In this document: in pieces, positions 26,508-38,171 of the stretch
How positions within the stretch are numbered: the stretch's first letter is position 1
Layout of the letters: every line of letters starts with the position of its first letter
Source of the DNA: Octopus bimaculoides
Lineage: Eukaryota
Length of the DNA: 64,000 nucleotides
Assembly (NCBI RefSeq): GCF_001194135.2
Contig: NC_069002.1
Location: 14,144,137-14,208,136, forward strand
Direction of reading: 5' to 3'
Position numbers and translations under genes: made by a program
Notes under the pieces: model-generated
Told to the model about the DNA's origin: nothing
Databases searched by the model: none
What the model saw: the letters and a program-made list of their open reading frames with translations, nothing else

Positions 26508-27050
26508 TTCGCAAATGTAGATATGAACTGCAAAAGCAGAAATTTAATTTAATGCATTAAATGCTCAAATTGCGAGGAACCATATACTGGCAAGACAGAG
26601 AATGCATTATCGGAAGGCTTACGAGTCCACAGACAGCAAAACCGGAACACCAATGTTCGCCAAATTCTTTTGAGCGAACATATAGAGACATGTGGTCAGA
26701 AAATGTTTCTAATTTTTCATTTTCGCAGACTGCATGATATAAGCGAGGTTGGCAGAAAGATAAATGTAAAACGGTTTATTAACATGTTCAGACCTGTTCT
26801 GAACAGAAATAACAGCAATAATATAACAACCAGTTAATGATGTCGATTAATAAATATAAACAAGTTACAGAATATCGGTCTGCCTGGCAAAGCGTGATTT
26901 TTAAGAGCATGCGGATTGATCAGAAAGGTATTCTAAAAATTCAGCTGGTTGGAGCGTTCTAAGAGGTACTAAAGTTGTCAAGAACTCAACTGTCAGTTAA
27001 ACACATTTGAAATTTGATGAGTACAATATGTACGAAAGCACTAATTTTGT
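26508..27050 (+). mobile_element. Penelope-like element: GIY-YIG endonuclease remnant plus 3' region
   Basis: 26508-26837 reads NCKSRNLI*CIKCSNCEEPYTGKTENALSEGLRVHRQQNR...SEHIETCG...RFINMFRPVLN. This matches the PLE GIY-YIG pattern (IY..CxxC..YxGxT..R..H..H..C) with one stop at the first Tyr. Confidence 0.9.
27008..27049 (+). ncRNA. Minimal type-I hammerhead ribozyme motif (C3U variant)
   Basis: TGAAAT-TTGATGA-GTAC(AATAT)GTAC-GAAA-GCAC-TA^-ATTTTG. Stems I, II and III all pair. It lies about 170 nt after the Penelope ORF stop. Confidence 0.75.
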
Positions 27051-27132
27051 TAAAATACCATAATAAAAACCAGACTATGTTTTAACTTTATTCAACTGAT
27101 ATATTATTCTATACACATTCAAACAAATTCGA

Positions 27133-27169
<37 letters not shown>

Positions 27170-27471
27170 ACAAATGTGCATATATATATATATATATATA
27201 NNNNNNNNNNNNNNNNNNNNNNNNNNNNNNNNNNNNNNNNNNNNNNNNNNNNNNNNNNNNNNNNNNNNNNNNNNNNNNNNNNNNNNNNNNNNNNNNNNNN
27301 NNNNNNNNNNNNNNNNNNNNNNNNNNNNNNNNNNNNNNNNNNNNNNNNNNNNNNNNNNNNNNNNNNNNNNNNNNNNNNNNNNNNNNNNNNNNNNNNNNNN
27401 NNNNNNNNNNNNNNNNNNNNNNNNNNNNNNNNNNNNNNNNNNNNNNNNNNNNNNNNNNNNNNNNNNNNNNN

Positions 27472-27503
<32 letters not shown>

Positions 27504-27847
27504 AGGGTTAAGGGATAGAGTAGATAAGATCCAGGTTACATATGTTTAAAAGAGAACGGAACCTCAGAAGTGGTAAATATCCAAGCGAGGTTTATACCGT
27601 AGGCTACTCTTCAGGCCAAGGATATCTAGATTAAATGAAAGTTTGCATAGTCTCAAGGAGGTTCATATTAACACACTCAATATATATTACTTTACGCTTA
27701 CACGCATGCATACATGCACATACAAACCGACACTGATACAAAGTCACACACACACACTCACACAACACACACATTCACAACGTTTATCACGTTGTAGACC
27801 CCAATATATTTCATCGTCCATTACTGCTACTCCTCGTAGCCATAGTA

Positions 27848-28080
27848 AGTAATACGCAAGAAATATCAAATATTCATATAAATCTAATCCGCGATTTGCC
27901 ATTTAGGTGTTAGTTGCTCTGGTGTTAGTGCTTAGAGACATTGTGAGTAATGCGCAATATCAAATATTTATATAATCTAATCCATGATTACCATTTCGAT
28001 GTCAGTCTCCTTGGTGTTAGTTCTTAGGGATATAGTAATACGTAATATCAAATATTTGTAAAAAATCTTATTCGTGATTA
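27848..28080. repeat. Diverged tandem repeat, about 90-bp unit, about 2.5 copies
   Basis: AGTAAT(A/G)CG(C/T)AA...ATATCAAATATT at 27848, 27946 and 28034. Confidence 0.85.
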
Positions 28081-28603
28081 ACTGCAACTCTCCTTGTATA
28101 TTGGATTTGTACATACATCTGCCCGAACATGCAGAAGAAACATTCTGTTTATATGTCCTGAGCATATATTTACCGTTCAGTTCTGCTTAAATAAAGAGAA
28201 AGGAAAGAGAGAATATCATTGCATTTATATAATTGTTTTGGTTTCATTTTTTTTTCCTTATGTGAGGGCGTTGTTTGTGATATAATATCCATATCTGATG
28301 ATCTATGTTTATAATGCCATCGACATGGAGTTTGTATTTTATGTTTAAATAATGCTGCATCTTGGTGAATGTTAACATGTTAGCCAATCCTTCATTGTAT
28401 TACACTAAAACGAACGAAATATCAACTCAGAGCAACAGAGACAAAAAAAAAAAAGCCTATCAAGTAGGATTATTTTACAGCAATATACTCAGTCAGAAGA
28501 AGGAATCGAAAATGATGGGGTGCGGGGAGATTGTACCTGGTGAACGTTTTGTTCTTATCAATTGGCACCTCAATATAATTATGTGTGTATGTGTATATTT
28601 CAG

Positions 28604-28735
28604 GGTCGCAACTTTGTATTCCAGTCTCTTAATATTTACCTATTCGTACGTTTTAAGCGAATGCAGGACTGTATGTTTAAGAGACAGGCTTTGCGACCAC
28701 TTTGTCTCGGGTTCCTTCCCACTGAAGAACCTTTG
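28604..28735 (+). other. Candidate 132-nt frame-preserving exon overlapping a long hairpin
   Basis: ATTTCAG|GGTCGC...CTTTG|GTAGGT, open in two frames. Supported by splice signals only. Confidence 0.25.
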
Positions 28736-29084
28736 GTAGGTGATAGCTATTATATAACACCGGGGTGATCAATGCCTTTTGAATGAAACTGGCAGACACA
28801 CACAAACACAAAAACACACACAGGTGTGTAACTTTACTTGAGTATATTTTATTCAACGCTGCTTCATGCGACTGTAATTTGTTTTAGATTTGAAATTTTC
28901 TCCTGGGGCTACTCGAAACAGTAGGTCCTCCCTCGTCCGCGTGTGCTCGATCGTGTTAAATATGTATGTGTGTATGTATATTTTCTAACAAAATAAACAC
29001 ACTCTGCTCTGTGTATTGAGTACTCCATTGTAAACTCGAACACAGGCACATACACCTTTCTACTATAGGCACAAAGCCTGAAAT

Positions 29085-29166
29085 CTTGTGGGAAGGGGAA
29101 ACTCAATTACATCAACCCCAGTACTCAACTGGTACTTAATTTATCGACCCCGAAACGATGAAAGGC
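29085..29166 (-). mobile_element. SINE family E, 3' half
   Basis: ACCCCAGTACTCAACTGGTACTTAATTTATCGACCCCGAAACGATGAAAGGCA. Confidence 0.85.
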
Positions 29167-30200
29167 ACATACTCATATACGCATATACACACACACATAT
29201 GCATATGTATAACGTATGATGTAAGCATGTATGTATATATATATATATGTGAGCGTATGTATGTGTGTATACACACACACATATATAGCAGAAGCATGAT
29301 CGCTCTTGACCATTAGGTATCCACATTGTGGATTTTTACTTTTAGATACCTATTACGTGATGATCCAGTCTATTTTGCTATACTTGGACAGTCCACCACT
29401 TCACATGATGGACTAGCCTATATACACCCCTACAAATATATGTATAATGCATGTAAGCGTGTATGTATGTATATATGTGTATGTATGTATATATGTAAAT
29501 GAAAAGTGCATTAAATACTGCAAAACATGCACGTAAGATAGACACTAACTAGAACCCTAATACTTCATCAGTTATCGACCGAAAAATACTAATACCTAGT
29601 TTCATGCCTTTAACAATAAGACTAGGAACTTCGTATATCGGTGGCACCCGCAAAATTTTCGGAGTATTAGCGCTCGAGCAAACAAAATAATACAAGGTGA
29701 ACGTACGAAAGTAAACAACAGTAATTTGAAACGATAGACAAAGACAGTAAATAAATATAGCTTTGAGGCCAAACACGAGAATGACAGATTAAAGCCGGGG
29801 AGAAATCCTCAAATGGATATAAGCAACAAAATTGAGAAGAGAAAAAGTTTGACCAGTACGCTAGACCTCCAGCGAAATATATATATATATANNNNNNNNN
29901 NNNNNNNNNNNNNNNNNNNNNNNNNNNNNNNNNNNNNNNNNNNNNNNNNNNNNNNNNNNNNNNNNNNNNNNNNNNNNNNNNNNNNNNNNNNNNNNNNNNN
30001 NNNNNNNNNNNNNNNNNNNNNNNNNNNNNNNNNNNNNNNNNNNNNNNNNNNNNNNNNNNNNNNNNNNNNNNNNNNNNNNNNNNNNNNNNNNNNNNNNNNN
30101 NNNNNNNNNNNNNNNNNNNNNNNNNNNNNNNNNNNNNNNNNNNNNNNNNNNNNNNNNNNNNNNNNNNNNNNNNNNNNNNNNNNNNNNNNNNNNNNNNNNN

Positions 30201-30267
<67 letters not shown>

Positions 30268-30270
<3 letters not shown>

Positions 30271-31074
30271 AAAATCTTAGGCTTGGTTTTAAAAAAAAGG
30301 GGCAATTAAAAAAGGAATCAGAGAGCCTAATAGTAGCAACCCAGAATCAAGTGATAAAAACAAACAACTTGAGGAAAAGTGTATATGGGGAGCATGTGTC
30401 AGAAAAATGTAGTCTGTGGAACTTGGGACGAGACAGTGGCACACATTATTGCAGAATGACCCAAGTTGGTATAGAGAGAATATAAGAAATGAAGGAATGA
30501 CTAGATTGCAAAAGTTATACACTGTGCCAGAAATGGGGATTTGAAACTGGAAACACATGGTACAATCATCGAGTCAAAAGAGTACTGGAGTCGGAGAAGT
30601 GTAAGATTTTGTGGGACTTTCCAATCCAAATGGACAAGAAATTAGAAAATAATACACCAGACATAACAATTGTAGATAAGGAAAAGCGAACTTACTTATC
30701 AACCCATCATGCCCGTTTGATTCCAGAATTGTAAGGAAAGAGGAAGAAAAATTAAGACAACAACAAAAAGATACAATCCCTTAAAGTTTGAAATTGGAAG
30801 AATTTCAAGCATGCGAACAGTAAAGGTTGTGGCTATAATACTTGGTGTGTTTGGAACAGTAAGTAAAGACATAGACAAATGATTGAAGGAGATTGGAATA
30901 GAATGCCCCGGTAGAATTCCTACAGAAAGTTTGTCTTTTACGGACAGCAAGGATTATCAGGAAGGTTCTAAGCACTTGAAAGACTGCTGAAAACTTGTGG
31001 ATGCCTAGGGTTACAGGTAGTAACTAGCTATCTACATAATTCTTACCAGGAATGGGATCGAACCTGAGCCAAGC

Positions 31075-31105
<31 letters not shown>
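30268..31105 (+). mobile_element. 5'-truncated R4/Dong-type LINE (zinc knuckle, RLE endonuclease, 3' UTR, AAT tail)
   Basis: Fragments KKESESLIVATQNQVIKTNN, ETVAHIIAE*P, KCKILWDFPIQMDKKLENNTPDITIVDKE, VKVVAIILGVFGTVSKD and TARIIRKVLST*. (AAT)n tail at 31075-31105. Confidence 0.93.
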
Positions 31106-31108
<3 letters not shown>

Positions 31109-31711
31109 GTAATAAATTTGATAGTGATGATGATGATTTCAGACATAGGCCTGAGACACGTAATTGGCCCTCCAGTTCATAACAGGTATCTATTTTTAAC
31201 AATCAACGAAAGAAAGTTTTGAAGACAATGCTAACATCGAAAGAAACGGGAAGCGAATGAGAAATATAAATTAGAAAATGTTTTGTAAAAGATGTGTTAA
31301 ACTCAATAAAGAATCTATTGTTAGCAATTGAAAGAATTTAACTTGTTTGCTGCCAGAGATTCTGAAGTACTTGAATATCGATTATTTTTACTCTCCAGAC
31401 ATTTCTCTCCTGTCGGAGCGATTGACTTTCATTGGTGTCACCTTTAGAGTTTTTAACTTAATTTCATAGAAGTGGAAAATTTAGAAGTCGAGATAAATAC
31501 CCATCTGCTGGTTGTTGGACATCTTTACAGAGTGAAATTAATGTTGGAAGTAAGTGTTACTATATGTTAGCTATTACATACGAGAATACCACCAATTTTT
31601 TTTTTGTAATCCAATACAGAAAGTCATGTGATTACAATCATTGGTCTTAGAGAAATTATCACCCCCTCTATCTAGCACCCTCACACAAACGCATATTCAT
31701 ACAGACACCCT

Positions 31712-32188
31712 CAGAGGGTGCGGAAAGTAAATTGCCACCATTTTATATTTTTAGTTTCGCGGATGTGCATTGTTTGTTTTTGGTTTTGTCGGCTACGCAG
31801 TATAGTAGGGTCAGTTGGGCACTGTCTGTGAGAAAAACAGCACCATGTCGCAATTCAGTCTGCCAGAAACTTGGAAACGACATTCTGTATTGCTTCTCAT
31901 TCGCGCAGCTGTCACTCTGGGGAGATGTACCGAGAATGATAAAAATCAAACATCCAGTCAACATCATGGTGTTTGGAGTGATCACTCGTGATGGCGACGT
32001 TATGCCTCCATTCATCTTCCCACACGACCTCACACTCAACACGGAGGCCTGCATTAAGTAGCTGGAGGTAGGTCAAGAAGGTGGCTGTTGGAAGATCCTA
32101 TGTCTGACAACAGGACTCTGCACTATGTCACACAAGCAGGGGAACCCATTCATGGCTGTCAAATAGTTACTGCAATTACATCATCCCC
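31712..32188 (+). mobile_element. Internally deleted Tc1/mariner (DD37D/maT-like) with left end
   Basis: TIR-like CAGAGGGTGCGGAAAGTAAATTGCCACC; MSQFSLPETWKRHSVLLLIRA; GDVPRMIKIKHPVNIMVFGVITRDGDVMPPFIFPHDLTLNTEACIK; QQDSALCHTS. Confidence 0.88.
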
Positions 32189-32522
32189 AGGACTTATCCT
32201 TTGTAAGCCTAGTACTTATTCTATTATTTTATCGGTCCATTTTGACGAACCGATAAGTTACGGGGACGTAAACACACCAGCATCGGTTGTTAAGCGATGC
32301 TGGGAAAACAAACACAGACACACCAACATATACACACACATACATATGCATATGCATATATACGACGATCTTCTTTCAGTTTCCGTCTACCAAATCCACT
32401 CACAAGGCTTTGGTCGGCCCGAGGCTATAGTAGAAGACACTTGGCCAAGGTGCCACGCAATGGGACTGAACCCTGAACCATGTGGTTGGTAGGCAAGCTA
32501 CTTACCACACAGCCCCTCCTAC
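32185..32522 (-). mobile_element. Composite SINE: tRNA-derived head A, microsatellite linker, body B (tail lost)
   Basis: Minus strand has A-box GGCTGTGTGGT and B-box GGTTCAGTCCC, then ...GGTAGACGGAAACTGAAAGAAG, a (TA/TG)n linker at 32320-32361, and a body matching 53436-53575. Confidence 0.9.
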
Positions 32523-32584
32523 GACTATATTTATTTATATATACATACATATACACACACACATATATACATATATATATACAT

Positions 32585-32629
<45 letters not shown>

Positions 32630-34151
32630 ATACANNNNNNNNNNGCGCTAGAAATCGAAACGTGACTAGTTTTATGAGTGACATGAACTACATAAAAAAA
32701 TAACATTTCCGATCTTTTGTACGTCATTCAATACTTTACTTTAAATTTCTCCTATATTTTACAATATGTTTACGTGTGTTTGAACATGTATGCATATCTG
32801 TACACTCACACGCACCTATATAAGGATGGTTCCACGCATTTCTTTATATGTCTCACATCTGTTATTAAAGCAATAATGTCTCACATTAAACATCTTCAAA
32901 CAAAACAACCATACATCACAAGTGTTCCTTAATAAAGGAAGAAAAATCCAGTCAATGAAAGACAATAAAATCGATAGAGTTAAATGTAGAACTGCGAACA
33001 AATCTATTTGGGCAGCTACGAAAACACACTGAATGTAAATGTGGAACTTCTCATCTTCAGCCAGCGGTACAGATATGCTCATGGTTTTGGCACATTTAAC
33101 AGCACCACTCCATAATAAAAAAAATATGTATGTATGTGTGAATGTATGTATATATACATATGTATGCATGTAGACGGTTTCGATATAGATTCAAGGCTTG
33201 AATATGGTACTTATGCGTAGGCACCCGAATATCGCATCCCAAAAGGATAGGTGATTAAAATAAAAAAATAAGCAACACGGATTTCAAAGGTGATTGCAGT
33301 ACGCACGTTTCATGCTATTTCAATTTATTTAAGTAATGCGAGCATTACCTTAAATGCAATATGAAGAGCAATCTTCAGCTGCACGAAAATGCAGAAAAAA
33401 TTACTGTATATATGCATACTTTTATGTATGCATACTTGTATCTATATTGTCTCACACACACAGACTAGCGTGCGCTAGTCTGTGGGAAATTGCGTAGCCT
33501 ATGTTGAACTCAGGATCGTTAGGCTTTGGGTTTCATTTTCGGACGGGTTGTGCATTGTGTTCCATACAGTACATCCAGTAAGAAGAACGTAGAAGCGCAG
33601 CTGAGGATCAGTACTAATGGATTGACATCCATATGCGGAGCTAATCTTCTTGTATTTCCTCTTGCTTAGGGATGTGACGAAGATAAACTACAGCCTAATG
33701 TTTGGGTCTCCAAGAGACGTATATATATATATATATATATATATATNNNNNNNNNNNNNNNNNNNNNNNNNNNNNNNNNNNNNNNNNNNNNNNNNNNNNN
33801 NNNNNNNNNNNNNNNNNNNNNNNNNNNNNNNNNNNNNNNNNNNNNNNNNNNNNNNNNNNNNNNNNNNNNNNNNNNNNNNNNNNNNNNNNNNNNNNNNNNN
33901 NNNNNNNNNNNNNNNNNNNNNNNNNNNNNNNNNNNNNNNNNNNNNNNNNNNNNNNNNNNNNNNNNNNNNNNNNNNNNNNNNNNNNNNNNNNNNNNNNNNN
34001 NNNNNNNNNNNNNNNNNNNNNNNNNNNNNNNNNNNNNNNNNNNNNNNNNNNNATATATATATATATATATATTCCATAATAGGAAACGTGAAAAATGCTT
34101 TAACATACATACAAACATATGAACATACATATATGCACACACACACACACA

Positions 34152-34196
<45 letters not shown>

Positions 34197-34980
34197 ACAC
34201 ACACACATACACACACACACACAGACACACATACACACACACACATATATATATATATATACATGTAAATATAGATGTATATAAGTGAATATACAAACTC
34301 ACATACAGATATATATATATATATGTATATATATATTTGAAAATAGCCACCTTCCATTCCGGTACACTATGCATATCGTGATATATACATAACATACGGA
34401 TGCATATATTTCGGGGAAAATGCAAATGTACAAAAAAATACACCCATATGTCATACCTTTGTTCACGACGAACAATACAGATTCATAAATATATACTCCA
34501 AAACACACTCGCATATATACACGTATGTATATACGCTCATACACACACATATGCTTATGTGTGTGTATGTGTAGTGGGTTTTATGCATCACTATTAATGT
34601 GCAACTCTCCAATGTGTGGGAGAAGGTAAAATTTAAGTTATCTCAACACAAACTTTTTATGGCTTTTGAAAACCTAAAAATCAATATACCGCAGTATAAG
34701 CAAGCTTTACTGATTTAAACAGACAAACTTTTCATTTGATTACGCATTTGATACTCTCTCCCTCCCTGTGTCACTCTCTCGCTCTCTCATACACATTTCT
34801 ATCTTCTTCTATTTTCTGCTATTGTTTCAGCATCGTTTATTGTCTATCAACCTTGCTATTTGACTGTCTGCCTGCCTGTCTGTCTATCAACCGATACGTC
34901 TCACAATGAAGTTGGTTTATTTGTACGTGTACGCATATATTAGCATACATGCGCCATGCACGCGTATGTGAAAAACATAT

Positions 34981-35037
<57 letters not shown>

Positions 35038-35155
35038 TATATATAAATGTACACATGCCAAGCTATATGATTTATACATGGATGTATATGTCAATCTCTG
35101 TCTATTTAGATATATATCGCAATGTAACTGCATTGCTCGTAAACATTCTCCCATA

Positions 35156-35193
<38 letters not shown>

Positions 35194-35613
35194 TGCATAT
35201 ATGTATATGCACACAGATACGTACATATGCATGAAAAAACTGAAAGTAAAACCTATATGCACTTATAAGCACGGAAAAAATAATGAATATGTAACAGACT
35301 CTGTGTTTGTGTGTGTGTATATATATATACGTACATGCATACACACACCCACACATATATATGTACACACACATACGCATACACGCATATATCTACATAT
35401 ATATAGGCACTTGGATTATGTATATGTATATGTATTTATANNNNNNNNNNNNNNNNNNNNNNNNNNNNNNNNNNNNNNNNNNNNNNNNNNNNNNNNNNNN
35501 NNNNNNNNNNNNNNNNNNNNNNNNNNNNNNNNNNNNNNNNNNNNNNNNNNNNNNNNNNNNNNNNNNNNNNNNNNNNNNNNNNNNNNNNNNNNNNNNNNNN
35601 NNNNNNNNNNNNN

Positions 35614-35662
<49 letters not shown>

Positions 35663-35991
35663 TATATATATATGCATATATGTAGTTCGTTTTTACTACA
35701 CATATACCTGCACACATATATGGTAGGCGTACATATATACATTTGTCTGAGGCTTTTTGTGCTTTTTTTCGTACGATATATGCATATATGCATACACATA
35801 TATAACCTAAACAGAAATGGAAAACAAGACATGACATACACTTTCATTAAAATCGACTCCCAATCTACATCCTCATATGCAAATACACATAAACCGAAAC
35901 ATATATACATATATATATGTATGTATAAATACATATATGTATAAATATATATGTGTGTGTATATTTATGTATGTATATATATATATGTATG

Positions 35992-36042
<51 letters not shown>

Positions 36043-36661
36043 NNNNNNNNNNNNNNNNNNNNNNNNNNNNNNNNNNNNNNNNNNNNNNNNNNNNNNNNNN
36101 NNNNNNNNNNNNNNNNNNNNNNNNNNNNNNNNNNNNNNNNNNNNNNNNNNNNNNNNNNNNNNNNNNNNNNNNNNNNNNNNNNNNNNNNNNNNNNNNNNNN
36201 NNNNNNNNNNNNNNNNNNNNNNNNNNNNNNNNNNNNNNNNNNNNNNNNNNNNNNNNNNNNNNNNNNNNNNNNNNNNNNNNNNNNNNNNNNNNNNNNNNNN
36301 NNNNNNNNNNNNNNNNNNNNNNNNNNNNNNNNNNNNNNNNNNNNNNNNNNNNNNNNNNNNNNNNNNNNNNNNNNNNNNNNNNNNNNNNNNNNNNNNNNNN
36401 NNNNNNNNNNNNNNNNNNNNNNNNNNNNNNNNNNNNNNNNNNNNNNNNNNNNNNNNNNNNNNNNNNNNNNNNNNNNNNNNNNNNNNNNNNNNNNNNNNNN
36501 NNNNNNNNNNNNNNNNNNNNNNNNNNNNNNNNNNNNNNNNNNNNNNNNNNNNNNNNNNNNNNNNNNNNNNNNNNNNNNNNNNNNNNNNNNNNNNNNNNNN
36601 NNNNNNNNNNNNNNNNNNNNNNNNNNNNNNNNNNNNNNNNNNNNNNNNNNNNNNNNNNNNN

Positions 36662-36730
<69 letters not shown>

Positions 36731-38127
36731 GCGCACGTACACTCACACACAAACACACACACGTGATTCTATTTTCGATTTGTTTTAAAATATAGACATT
36801 TAATCACCGTCCAAGTCTGGTTTTACTAACAATCATTTATTGTGTGTGCATATTACGAATGCACGTATGTATGTATGTATGCATGTATGTATGTATGTAT
36901 GTATGTATGTGTGTGTGTGTGCATGTATATGTCAAAGCCACAGAGAAGGTCACTCTTTTAGAAAAAAGATACACTGACATAAATTTTGCAGTCAAAATAC
37001 TCCCGGTCGTCCTGCTATGCTTGTCACTGGAACGTTCTACGATGACCGAAAGACTGCCAAAATGTCGTACAAGATTTTGCCACTTAAATCCATTGATGTG
37101 CAAATGTCTCACTATAATTTCGTTTCTTGATATGATTCGAATTTTGTAAATTGCTATGGTGATGGATGCATCGCATAAAAATATCATATCCGCGCACATG
37201 CGGGGATGAAAGTAACTCAGAGCAAACAGATGCAATGTAAGACGGCTATCATATAAGAAGATGAGGCAATCATCACGTGTATGTATGTATGAATGTATTC
37301 ACACACAACAGATGCCCAAACGCAAGCCTAAAAGTACGTATAATACTACTACTGGATAGCACAGGGGGAAATCTGAAGGTGGATAAGCTTTGTACTGTGC
37401 TCTGCTACGCTCTTAACAGAATACACCATAACTATATATATATATATATATATAAGCGGGATGACCACTATGTGGGCATACATTTAGCTAGAAGTTGACC
37501 ACATATGGTCTGACCACTAAGAAAAGATTGTTCTCAAGAAAATTCAGCAAACACCCCTCTTTTATGTATATAATATAATTTTTCTGAATCTTCAGATTTT
37601 TCAATATGCTAGGCCATTGGTTTTAAATTGATATTAATCAAATTAATATTCAATTTTTCACCCTTATTATTTAAATCTATATATATATATATATATANNN
37701 NNNNNNNNNNNNNNNNNNNNNNNNNNNNNNNNNNNNNNNNNNNNNNNNNNNNNNNNNNNNNNNNNNNNNNNNNNNNNNNNNNNNNNNNNNNNNNNNNNNN
37801 NNNNNNNNNNNNNNNNNNNNNNNNNNNNNNNNNNNNNNNNNNNNNNNNNNNNNNNNNNNNNNNNNNNNNNNNNNNNNNNNNNNNNNNNNNNNNNNNNNNN
37901 NNNNNNNNNNNNNNNNNNNNNNNNNNNNNNNNNNNNNNNNNNNNNNNNNNNNNNNNNNNNNNNNNNNNNNNNNNNNNNNNNNNNNNNNNNNNNNNNNNNN
38001 NNNNNNNNNNNNNNNNNNNNNNNNNNNNNNNNNNNNNNNNNNNNNNNNNNNNNNNNNNNNNNNNNNNNNNNNNNNNNNNNNNNNNNNNNNNNNNNNNNNN
38101 NNNNNNNNNNNNNNNNNNNNNNNNNNN

Positions 38128-38171
<44 letters not shown>

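Noticed and set aside
27585-27620. Minus-strand CTGAAGA-GTAGCCTACGGTA-TAAAC
   Set aside because: G12 is missing and stem III does not pair; too degenerate to call.
27848-28080. CRISPR-like repeat-spacer pattern (also 56080-56635)
   Set aside because: The units are homologous along their whole length with no unique spacers, the context is eukaryotic, and there are no cas genes.
28722-28750. CTGAAGA-ACCT(TTGGT)AGGT-GATA
   Set aside because: GATA instead of GAAA, and no stem I partner.
32440-32522. tRNA gene calls for A/B-box sequences here and at 61620-61678
   Set aside because: There is no acceptor stem or cloverleaf, and the sequence continues into SINE bodies, so these are SINE heads.
32645-32672. 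GCGCTAGAAATC-GAAAC-GTG, a possible hammerhead 3' half
   Set aside because: The 5' half would lie in the N gap, and the cleavage base would be G.
32816-33169. Minus-strand ORF with hydrophobic segments, vaguely like a Cys-loop receptor M1-M2 region
   Set aside because: No diagnostic residues; AT-rich DNA readily gives hydrophobic frames.
37277-37498. IILLLDSTG, resembling a vWA DxSxS start
   Set aside because: The motif is incomplete and no downstream vWA features follow.
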